The position numbers and the translations under genes were made by a program. This document shows, piece after piece, positions 57,066-64,000 of a stretch of DNA of 64,000 nt. Below the pieces are notes generated by a model, which worked only from the letters and a program-made list of their open reading frames with translations, did not search any database and had not been told where the DNA came from. Numbering within the stretch: position 1 is the stretch's first letter; every line of letters starts with the position of its first letter. This stretch comes from Oscillospiraceae bacterium (GTDB lineage: Bacteria; Bacillota; Clostridia; Oscillospirales; UBA929), in NCBI GenBank assembly GCA_009777255.1, contig WRMG01000001.1, positions 5,751-69,750 of the forward strand, written 5' to 3'.

Positions 57066-57146
57066 TGTAGGGGTCGCACACCGGGCGACCCGTCGGGCGA
57101 CGGTGTAGCGCGGGTTTTGCGGGACGCCCAGTGTGCGTCCCCTACA
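57066..57146. repeat. REPIN-like inverted pair of REP-type hairpins with GTAG/CTAC tails
   Basis: Left unit tGTAG-gggtcgc-acaccgg-gcgaccc (57066-57091). Right unit gggacgc-ccagtgt-gcgtccc-CTACa (57121-57146). The two are reverse complements of each other apart from a few substitutions. Confidence 0.8.
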
Positions 57147-57222
57147 GGCGGTTTCACAATTAAATTACAGCAGGCATAATCTTCTCATTAAAAAGCCATG
57201 CTAAACGGCGGAGGGGTGTTCT

Positions 57223-59097
57223 GTGAAAAGATTTTGCATATTGTTTTTTATATTGATTATATTGTCGGGCTGCGCGGACAGGCATCCCGCCGGTCAGCGC
57301 GCGGGCACACTCCCCGTCCCCGCCGCAGAAAGTGACGCCGCGCCGGAGCAAAGCACGAGTGCAAAGGAAAGTACCTTTACACTCATGTGGTATGTCAACG
57401 GCTCGGATTTGGAGTCCGGCGGCGGCGAGGACTACGGCGGCGCGTTTTCACGCAATCTGCGGGAGGTGCTGTCATATCTGCCGGCGGACGACAGGGTTAC
57501 GGTCGTCATCTTCTCGGGCGGCACGTCAAAATGGGAGACGGCCGGTTTTGAGGCGGATATAAATCAGGTGCATTTCGTGACCGAGGACGGGCTGGCGCAC
57601 GGCGAGCGGCTGCCGGAGGGCAGCATTGCCGACCCTGATACGCTGGCCGGTTTTGTCGATTACGTGATGAAGGCGCGGCCCGCCGACCGCTATGGGCTGG
57701 TGTTCTGGGACCATGGGAGCAGCGTGCCCATCGGCTTCGGGCTGGACGAGCTGCGCGAGCCGAGGTCCATCAACGCCCGGGATATAGCGCGCGGGCTGGA
57801 GGCGGGGCTGGGCGGTGAAAAGCTGGCCTTTATCGGGTTTGACACTTGCCTGATGGCGACGGCGGAGACCGCCGCGCTGTGCGCGCCGCACGCCGGTTAT
57901 ATGATCGCATCGGAGGAGCTGGAGCCCAACGCGGGCTGGAATTACGCGCCGCTGATGCGGGCGCTGACGCGCGACCCGTCCGTTGATACCCTGAGGCTGT
58001 GCAGGATTGTCGCCGACGCTTATTACAGCGCGAGTCTCGAGCTTAACCCCGAGGAGCTTATCACTGTCTCCGTGACCGATCTTGCAAAGATAGATGCCGT
58101 AGTCAGCGCCACCGAGGCGTTCGCGCTGGCCGCCAAGAGCGACCTTGACGCGGGCGGGTTCGCCGGTATCTCGAAAAGGCGCGCAACCGTGAAGGATTTC
58201 GGCGGCGTGAACGAGAGCGCCGATATGGTTGATCTGGTACATCTCGCCCAGCGCTTCTCGCCGAAATATCCCAAGGAGTCGAAGGCGCTTATCGCCGCCG
58301 TTAAGAGCTGCGTGGCGTATAACCGCCGCTCGCGGACCTCGCCGAACTCCAACGGGCTGAGCGTATATTTCCCGTATGAGAACGAGCCGGTTATGGACGG
58401 GTATCTGGACGTCTATCTCGCCATGGGCTTTACGGAGGCTTATATCGGGCTTATCAGGAGCTTTTCAGCGGAGCTGAGGGCCGGCGACGCCGATACGAAG
58501 AGGACGGAGATACCGGTTGAAGCGGCGGCCGGCGGATATAAAATAAGCGTGCCCGACGGTATAACCTCGCTGCGGGCGGCGCTGCTGGGCAGGGAGTCCG
58601 GCGACGCGTATTATATTTTCAGCTATGTGCCCGGCGCGGCGCTTAACGGCAAAACGGGTTCGGCCGCGCTGCCGGAGAGCTGGCTGACGCTGAACGGCGT
58701 TTTGGTGTGCGCGTATACCGAGAGCGCGGACGAACGGCATGTGCTGTACTCCGTGCCCGTGCTGGTAAACGGCCGCGATATGAACCTGATGTACGCGCGC
58801 GATGGGGCGGCGCTCTATGAGATCGGCGCGACGCCCGACGGCGATGAGGACACGCCCGCGCTGCCCGGCTTTCTGCCGATAAATGCCGGCGACGCCGTTA
58901 CGCCGAAATATCCGCGGGTGAGCCTCAGCTCGGGGCGCGAGGAGGACGGGTATTACCTCGGGGAGACGGTTGGTGTGACGGACGGCGGGCTTGCGCCCGA
59001 ATTTTCCGCGCTGCCCGGGGGCGAATATTATTTCGCGTTTTGCCTGACCGATATTTACGACAACCATTTCTGGTCGGAGGTTATACAAATAACATAG
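57223..59097 (+). CDS. Clostripain-related (C11 family) cysteine peptidase lipoprotein
   Basis: Lipobox ILSGC, His in VFWDHGSS and Cys in GFDTCLMA. GTG start 6 nt after GGAGGGG. Confidence 0.85.
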   Translation: MKRFCILFFILIILSGCADRHPAGQRAGTLPVPAAESDAAPEQSTSAKESTFTLMWYVNGSDLESGGGEDYGGAFSRNLREVLSYLPADDRVTVVIFSGGTSKWETAGFEADINQVHFVTEDGLAHGERLPEGSIADPDTLAGFVDYVMKARPADRYGLVFWDHGSSVPIGFGLDELREPRSINARDIARGLEAGLGGEKLAFIGFDTCLMATAETAALCAPHAGYMIASEELEPNAGWNYAPLMRALTRDPSVDTLRLCRIVADAYYSASLELNPEELITVSVTDLAKIDAVVSATEAFALAAKSDLDAGGFAGISKRRATVKDFGGVNESADMVDLVHLAQRFSPKYPKESKALIAAVKSCVAYNRRSRTSPNSNGLSVYFPYENEPVMDGYLDVYLAMGFTEAYIGLIRSFSAELRAGDADTKRTEIPVEAAAGGYKISVPDGITSLRAALLGRESGDAYYIFSYVPGAALNGKTGSAALPESWLTLNGVLVCAYTESADERHVLYSVPVLVNGRDMNLMYARDGAALYEIGATPDGDEDTPALPGFLPINAGDAVTPKYPRVSLSSGREEDGYYLGETVGVTDGGLAPEFSALPGGEYYFAFCLTDIYDNHFWSEVIQIT

Positions 59098-59135
59098 GGG
59101 CGGCTATTGATCGCCCGCATGGGGAGATAGAATTT

Positions 59136-60569
59136 ATGGCGGCTGTTAACGAAACGCGCAAAATGCTCGAGCAAGCGTTTAACTATCCGGTCAACAAGGA
59201 TATTGTGTTCCGCGATTTTAAGTACGCGGGCAAAGACTGCTTTGTCCTCTATATCGACGGCATGGCAAGCGGCGATAAGATCAGCGATTTTATTCTGCGC
59301 CCGCTCACCCGCTCGCCCGGCGGCGGCAGCGTGATGAACGTATTACAGGTGTGCGGCGTAAAGGCCGAGACGGAGCTTGAAAAGGCTGTCGCCGCCGTGT
59401 TGCAGGGCGACGCCGCCGTCTGCGCGGACGACGCGGTGTATATCTGCGAGACAAAGGGGTTTGACAAGCGCGGGGTTGAGAAGCCGACGGTGGAGAACTC
59501 GATTGTTGGCTCTCAGGAGGCCTTTAACGAGTCGCTGCGCACGAATACCACGCTGCTGCACCGCATCATCAAAAACGCGGCGCTGACCACGGAGACGCTC
59601 ACGCTGGGCAGGCTCAACAACCTCGTCTGCGGCGTTATATACGTAAACGGCATAGCGGACATGGGGCTGGTCGCGGAGGTAAAGCGGCGCCTCGGCGGCG
59701 TCGAGACGGATTTTTTGCAGAGCGGCGGCATGGTCGAGCAGTTTATTGAGGATCAGGCGTCGTCGCTGTTCCAGACCGTGACGACGACCGAGCGCCCCGA
59801 CAACGCCGCCGCGCTGCTGATGCAGGGCCGGGTCGGCATTATCGTTGACGGCAGCCCGCGCGTGATAGTCGCGCCGGTCACGCTGTTCACGCTCCTGAAA
59901 ACCAGCGAGGAGAGCGCTATGCGCGCGCCGCTGGCGTCCTCGATCAGGGCAGTGCGTATTCTGGCCGTGTTCGCGGCGCTGCTGATGCCGGCGCTGTATC
60001 TGGCGGCGACGACGTTCCACGCGGAGATGATACCCGCCGCGCTGCTGCTCAATCTCGCCGGGGCGCGGCTGAATATCCCGTATCCCGCGATGGTGGAGCT
60101 GCTGCTGATGGAGATCTCCTTCGAGCTGATACGCGAGGCCGGACAGCGTATCCCCGGGCCGATCGGCGGCACCGTCGGGATCGTCGGCGGGCTTATTCTG
60201 GGCGAGGCGGCGGTGTCCGCCGGGCTGGTCAGCCAGGGCTGCGTGGTGATAATCGCGTTTTCGGGGCTGGGCAGCTTTGCCATACCGCAGTATCAGCTGA
60301 CGTTCACCGTCAGGCTTTTGCGGCTGATTTTCCTGATATGCGCCGGGCTGATGGGGTTTTTGGGCGTGGGCGCCGCGTTTGTCATTCTGGTCGGGTATGT
60401 AAACTCCCTGACCTCGTTCGGCACGGATTACGTCAGCCCCGTGTTCTCGGACGCGCCGGTTTTCCCAAAGCGTCCCGTCTGGGAGTATGAGATGCGGCCG
60501 CCGGAGCTGAACGCCGCGCGGCCCGAGTATCAGCCGGGAATATCGCGCAAATGGAGAGAGGGCCGATGA
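59136..60569 (+). CDS. Spore germination protein, GerA-family A subunit
   Basis: DIVFRDF...GMA...ESLRTNTTLLHRII pattern and a C-terminal TM bundle. ATG 59136 lies after GGGGAG. Confidence 0.9.
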   Translation: MAAVNETRKMLEQAFNYPVNKDIVFRDFKYAGKDCFVLYIDGMASGDKISDFILRPLTRSPGGGSVMNVLQVCGVKAETELEKAVAAVLQGDAAVCADDAVYICETKGFDKRGVEKPTVENSIVGSQEAFNESLRTNTTLLHRIIKNAALTTETLTLGRLNNLVCGVIYVNGIADMGLVAEVKRRLGGVETDFLQSGGMVEQFIEDQASSLFQTVTTTERPDNAAALLMQGRVGIIVDGSPRVIVAPVTLFTLLKTSEESAMRAPLASSIRAVRILAVFAALLMPALYLAATTFHAEMIPAALLLNLAGARLNIPYPAMVELLLMEISFELIREAGQRIPGPIGGTVGIVGGLILGEAAVSAGLVSQGCVVIIAFSGLGSFAIPQYQLTFTVRLLRLIFLICAGLMGFLGVGAAFVILVGYVNSLTSFGTDYVSPVFSDAPVFPKRPVWEYEMRPPELNAARPEYQPGISRKWREGR

Positions 60570-61597
60570 AGACGCTTAGGATTTACGACGGCGCAGCCGC
60601 CGCGTGCCTTTTGATCCTGCCGCCGCTGCTTTACGCGGGGCTAGGCGATCTGACCGCCGCTTACGGGACCGCGGCGTGGCTTGTGCTGCTCGTCGCGGCG
60701 GCCGCGGCGCTGTGCCTGTTTCTGATAACGGCGTTTCTTACACGGGGGAATATAAAGCTCCTTGACGCGGCGGCGGCCGTGTGCGGCAGGCCGTTCGCCG
60801 TACTGTACGGGTTTGTTCTGTGCGTATATTTTTCTTACCACACCGGCGTGTACGCGCGGGAGAGCGCCGCCGTGTTAAAGGCATACGGCTTTAATAAGAC
60901 GCCCTTTTATGTCATCGCGGGGATTATTTTGCTGGCCGCGCTTGTCATGAACCTGTTCGGCGGGCGGGCCGTTATAAAGAGCGCGGGGTTTTTCTTTATC
61001 GCGCTGCTGGCCGGTATCGCGCTGGTCATTCTGCTGGGCCTTAACAGATACGAGCCGGCCTATCTCTTCCCCGTGTCCCTGAACGGGATAGACCCTCTTG
61101 AGGGGTTATATAAGGCGTCGTTTTTCAGCGGCGCGGTGCTATTGGCGCTGTTCAGCTTCGGCGATGGCCGCGCGCTCAGGCGCTCGGGGGTTATCTCTGT
61201 CCTGACGGCGGGCGGGGTTTCGGCGCTGCTGTGCGTGTGCTATGTCATGATGTTCTCGCGCGGCGCCGGCGCGGCGATGACCTGCGGCTTTATCGAGATG
61301 GGACAGTCGAGCTACTTCAACCACTTCTTCTACCGCTTTGAGGCGCCGCTGCTGCTCTTTGTCATTTTCGCCGCCGTTATGCAGGCGTCGCTCGGGCTGC
61401 TGATCGCCAAGGAGAGCCTTGTAAGCGTCTTTAAGCGCTGTTCACACAGAGGCGTCGTCTGCGCGGCGGCGGCTGCTGCGTCGGCAGCGGCGCTGGTTCT
61501 GCCGGACGCGCCCGTTAAGAGATACGGGGTTTTTATCGTCGCGGCGCCGCCGGTTTTTCTGTTTATAATAAGCTGTGTAAAGAGGATTTTCAAATGA
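60566..61597 (+). CDS. Spore germination protein, GerAB-type permease (B subunit)
   Basis: About 10 TM helices, positioned between the A and C subunits. ATG 60566 lies after GGAGAGAGGG and overlaps the A-subunit gene. Confidence 0.8.
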   Translation: MKTLRIYDGAAAACLLILPPLLYAGLGDLTAAYGTAAWLVLLVAAAAALCLFLITAFLTRGNIKLLDAAAAVCGRPFAVLYGFVLCVYFSYHTGVYARESAAVLKAYGFNKTPFYVIAGIILLAALVMNLFGGRAVIKSAGFFFIALLAGIALVILLGLNRYEPAYLFPVSLNGIDPLEGLYKASFFSGAVLLALFSFGDGRALRRSGVISVLTAGGVSALLCVCYVMMFSRGAGAAMTCGFIEMGQSSYFNHFFYRFEAPLLLFVIFAAVMQASLGLLIAKESLVSVFKRCSHRGVVCAAAAAASAAALVLPDAPVKRYGVFIVAAPPVFLFIISCVKRIFK

Positions 61598-62649
61598 GGT
61601 TTTTTAAGTTTTTGGGCGTTATAATCTGTATCGCCGCGCTCTGCTCGGGGTGCTGGGACAAGCGCGAGCTGGAGGATAACGTGTTCGCGGTGCTGCTGGG
61701 GCTGGATATATCCGAGGATAAAGGCGTGACGGTCACGGTCGCCTATCCGCAGACCCAGCCGGGCGGTCAGGACGGAGAGCAGGCGGATTACGCCGTCATG
61801 TCCGCAAAGGCAAACTCCTTTACAGACGGGCTGGAGATGCTGAGGGCGGAGCTGGCCGGGCCGCTGGCGCTCCACTCGGTGAAGACTGTCGTAATATCGC
61901 AGGAGTTTGCCGTGAGGGGCGGGATAAGCCGCGCGCTCTCCGAGCTGCGCCGCGCCCAGGTGAAGAACACCGCGAATATAATGGTCTCCGCCGGCGCGGC
62001 GAGCGATTTTATCAGCGCCCGCGTGAAGGAGCCTGACGTTCTCAGGCGGGAGGAGCTGCTGCTTGAGCGGGCGAACGGCGGCGTGTTTTACAGGCCGCTG
62101 ATGCTGCTGGACCTTATGATAAATATAATGTCCGCGGACAGCGCCGCGATGTACGCGGTATCGGAGAGTGAGGACGGCGCGGATGATGAGGGGGACGGGA
62201 AAGCCGCTGAAGCGTCCGCCATGGCTGAAAGCTCCGGCAAAAAGGGGGAGCCCGATATGCCCGTGAAGTCGGACGGCAAGACCCGAATATGCGGGCTGGC
62301 GGTGTTCAGGGGGGACAAAATGGTCGGCACGCTTAATTCCTCAGAGGCGCGGATTTTTATCATGCTGACCGGAAGCAAGGCTAAAATTAAGAGCCGGATT
62401 GAGGACGGCAGGCCCGTATTCGATATTACTCTGCTGAGCGACGCCGAAAACGCACCGTCTCTCAGCGATACGCGGGATTTTATTGAGAAAATCCAAGGGG
62501 AATACGGCGCGGATATACTGAAGCTCGGCAACAGGCTGCGCGTCAGGAACCAGAAGGTTAACTGGCGGGAGAAATATGGGGAGGCGGAGATCAATGTATC
62601 CATAAAAATAATCGCGGTTCCACATCACAAATCGCCGCAAACCACATAA
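61594..62649 (+). CDS. Ger(x)C family germination lipoprotein (C subunit)
   Basis: Lipobox LCSGCWDKRELEDN is the typical GerAC start. 4-nt overlap with the B-subunit gene. Confidence 0.88.
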   Translation: MRFFKFLGVIICIAALCSGCWDKRELEDNVFAVLLGLDISEDKGVTVTVAYPQTQPGGQDGEQADYAVMSAKANSFTDGLEMLRAELAGPLALHSVKTVVISQEFAVRGGISRALSELRRAQVKNTANIMVSAGAASDFISARVKEPDVLRREELLLERANGGVFYRPLMLLDLMINIMSADSAAMYAVSESEDGADDEGDGKAAEASAMAESSGKKGEPDMPVKSDGKTRICGLAVFRGDKMVGTLNSSEARIFIMLTGSKAKIKSRIEDGRPVFDITLLSDAENAPSLSDTRDFIEKIQGEYGADILKLGNRLRVRNQKVNWREKYGEAEINVSIKIIAVPHHKSPQTT

Positions 62650-62683
62650 ACTGTACTATAATTTTTATAGTAAGGAGAGCGTT

Positions 62684-63202
62684 ATGGATATTTACAACGG
62701 TTCACAGGCAGCGGATCCGCGCGATATGGCCTCGCGGATCGAGGAGTCCTATCCCGAGTCATACAGGAGGATATACCCGCATGTAAGGCAGCTTGTAAGC
62801 GCGATGAACGACGACGACGGCATGACAGGCGACGGCATGGAGAGGATGGCTGACGAGGCGGTCGCCAGAAGCGGCATGTTAAGCGATCCGGCGCCGGTAC
62901 ATAGCAGAGGGGCGCTGGGCGACATCGCCAGAATTTTGATCGCGCGGGAGCTGTTTGACAGGCGCAGGGGCCGCGGCGGGTTCTTGCCGTTCGCGCCGTT
63001 TATGTTCATGCCGATTGACTACAGGGGCGGCTTCAGGGGCGGTTATCACGGCGGGTTCGGCGGGTTCAGGGACGGGTTCCGTGACGGAGGTTTCGATGGG
63101 TTCAGGGACGGCTTATGGGACGGCGGCTTCGACGGGTTCCGCGACGGCTACCGTGACAGGGACGGGTTCCGCGACCGTGACGGCTACCGTTACTGGTATT
63201 AG
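62684..63202 (+). CDS. Hypothetical protein with G/F/R/D-rich repetitive C-terminus (possible spore coat component)
   Basis: RBS aaggagag. The N-terminal YPESYRRIYPHV...GDIARILIARELFDRRRGRG pattern recalls small Clostridial proteins. The tail has GFRDG/GFDGFRDG repeats. It lies directly upstream of cotJA. Confidence 0.5.
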   Translation: MDIYNGSQAADPRDMASRIEESYPESYRRIYPHVRQLVSAMNDDDGMTGDGMERMADEAVARSGMLSDPAPVHSRGALGDIARILIARELFDRRRGRGGFLPFAPFMFMPIDYRGGFRGGYHGGFGGFRDGFRDGGFDGFRDGLWDGGFDGFRDGYRDRDGFRDRDGYRYWY

Positions 63203-63213
63203 GGGGTGTCATT

Positions 63214-63390
63214 TTGATCAGCGCTGAAACGGCACGCGGCCCCGACAGGCCGTCGCTTGCGATGGCATATGTTATGCCGCAGCGGCAAATAACGCAGGTG
63301 TATAAAACCGACGCCGCGCTAAAGCGGGGCACGCTGTTCCCCGATCTGGACAAACCGTTTTCGGGCAAAGGAGGGCGTTTGAATGGATAG
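63214..63390 (+). CDS. cotJA: Spore coat associated protein CotJA (not in ORF track, 58 aa)
   Basis: TTG start 7 nt after AGGGGG. LAMAYVMPQ...ALKRGTLFPDLDKPF matches the CotJA signature. It overlaps the cotJB start by 8 nt. Confidence 0.75.
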   Translation: MISAETARGPDRPSLAMAYVMPQRQITQVYKTDAALKRGTLFPDLDKPFSGKGGRLNG

Positions 63391-63634
63391 GAGCCGGCTT
63401 GGCCGCCAGATGACCGCCGAGCAGTTCGCAATGTTCGACACGCAGCTGTATCTGGACACGCATCCCAATGATATGGTCGCTATGAACATGTTTAACAGCT
63501 ATAAAAAAGCTCATGACGAGTATAAAAAGCAGTTCGAGGCGCAGTTCGGCCCGCTGATGGCCGAGGGCGGCGCGCCGGGAGAGTCGTGGGCGTGGGTCAG
63601 GGACCCGTGGCCGTGGGAAAGGGAGGCGAACTGA
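63383..63634 (+). CDS. cotJB: Spore coat protein CotJB
   Basis: FAMFDTQLYLDTHPND...Y...FGPL...WAWV.DPWPWE signature. Confidence 0.88.
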   Translation: MDRSRLGRQMTAEQFAMFDTQLYLDTHPNDMVAMNMFNSYKKAHDEYKKQFEAQFGPLMAEGGAPGESWAWVRDPWPWEREAN

Positions 63635-63874
63635 ATGTTTCATTATGAGAAGAAGCTGCAATACCCCGTTAAAATAAAGACCCCCAATCCCAGGATGGCA
63701 AAGATAATCATAACGCAGTACGGGGGGCCGGACGGCGAGCTGGGCGCCAGCCTGAGATACCTGAGCCAGAGATACACTATGCCGCACGGGGAGTTAAAGG
63801 GATTGCTGACCGATATAGGTACAGAGGAATCAAAATGGCGGTTTTTTATCGCCGGAGGGTATACGGCGCGATGA
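63635..63874 (+). pseudogene. cotJC: cotJC (Mn-catalase-family spore coat protein) truncated after about codon 65
   Basis: YEKKLQYPVKIK...QYGGPDGELGASLRYLSQRY...LTDIGTEE matches the CotJC N-terminus. After 63829 the frame reads SKWRFFIAGGYTAR-stop instead of the expected LAHLE metal-binding helix. Confidence 0.8.
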
Positions 63875-63997
63875 GGACATCGCGCCCTACGGACGCGGGG
63901 GGGGTTATGCGCGGGACGCCCGGGTGTGCGTCCCCTACGTAGGGCACGGAACGCCGGTTGGGGTAACGACGGGCGACCGGGGACGGTCGCCCCTACA
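63865..63997. repeat. Three same-orientation REP-type hairpins each followed by CCTAC
   Basis: ggcgcgatg-agga-catcgcgcc-CTAC (63865-63890). gggacgc-ccgggtgt-gcgtccc-CTAC (63913-63938). gggcgacc-ggggac-ggtcgccc-CTACA (63971-63997). They belong to the same family as 57066-57146. Confidence 0.75.
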
Positions 63998-64000
63998 AGG

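Noticed and set aside
62150-62290. Acidic/Gly-rich segment in the GerC lipoprotein as a possible insertion.
   Set aside because: The total protein length (351 aa) is not longer than typical Ger(x)C proteins, and this linker region is naturally variable. Nothing at the DNA level (repeats, junctions) suggests an insertion.
63830-64000. Group II intron or IS element as the cause of the cotJC break.
   Set aside because: There is no GUGYG intron 5' consensus at the junction, no terminal inverted repeat paired within the window, and no transposase or reverse-transcriptase ORF visible. Only REP-like hairpins can be supported, and the window ends at 64000.

Overview
This is a visibly GC-rich chromosomal segment from a spore-forming Firmicute. 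The gene order looks Clostridia-like, but that taxon call is inference. I support about 60 protein genes, nearly all on the minus strand and tightly packed or overlapping. Most are housekeeping: clpX-clpP-tig; rplS-lepB-rbgA-rnhB-yraN; dprA-topA-trmFO-plsX-rnc-smc-ftsY-rdgB-nadD/yqeK-LCP-rsfS-leuS-rpsU; greA-lysS; ftsE-ftsX-M23-ctp; nfnAB; a purine-salvage cluster; and galE/capD/metY. The right end carries a plus-strand sporulation block: a clostripain-like lipoprotein, a GerA-type germinant receptor (A, B, C), a G/F/R/D-rich protein, and cotJA-cotJB with a truncated cotJC. I saw no rRNA, tRNA, CRISPR array, transposase or phage genes. The long arginine-rich ORFs antisense to real genes are shadow ORFs typical of GC-rich DNA. 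Seven things deserve a second look. (1) A tandemly duplicated 50-nt RNA element sits behind a consensus promoter, each copy with its own terminator hairpin, upstream of an orphan OadG-like membrane protein and a 42-aa peptide; it is a candidate tandem riboswitch or attenuator of unknown class. (2) A translationally coupled four-gene operon encodes an APH-fold kinase, an RsgA-paralog GTPase, an RNHCP zinc-ribbon protein and a tandem GNAT. It lies behind a consensus promoter and a ~235-nt leader with a 10-codon mini-ORF and a terminator-like hairpin, which suggests a ribosome-linked, possibly antibiotic-responsive module. (3) REP/REPIN-like hairpins with a GTAG/CTAC tail occur at 57.1 kb and directly after the cotJC break. 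(4) Related heptamer arrays (CARTTAA intergenic, CAGATAA inside nfnB) are present, plus a perfect TGTAAA-N5-TGTAAA direct repeat. (5) nadD and yqeK are fused. (6) An 82-bp tandem duplication lies downstream of rplS. (7) A consensus promoter points antisense into the purine permease gene.
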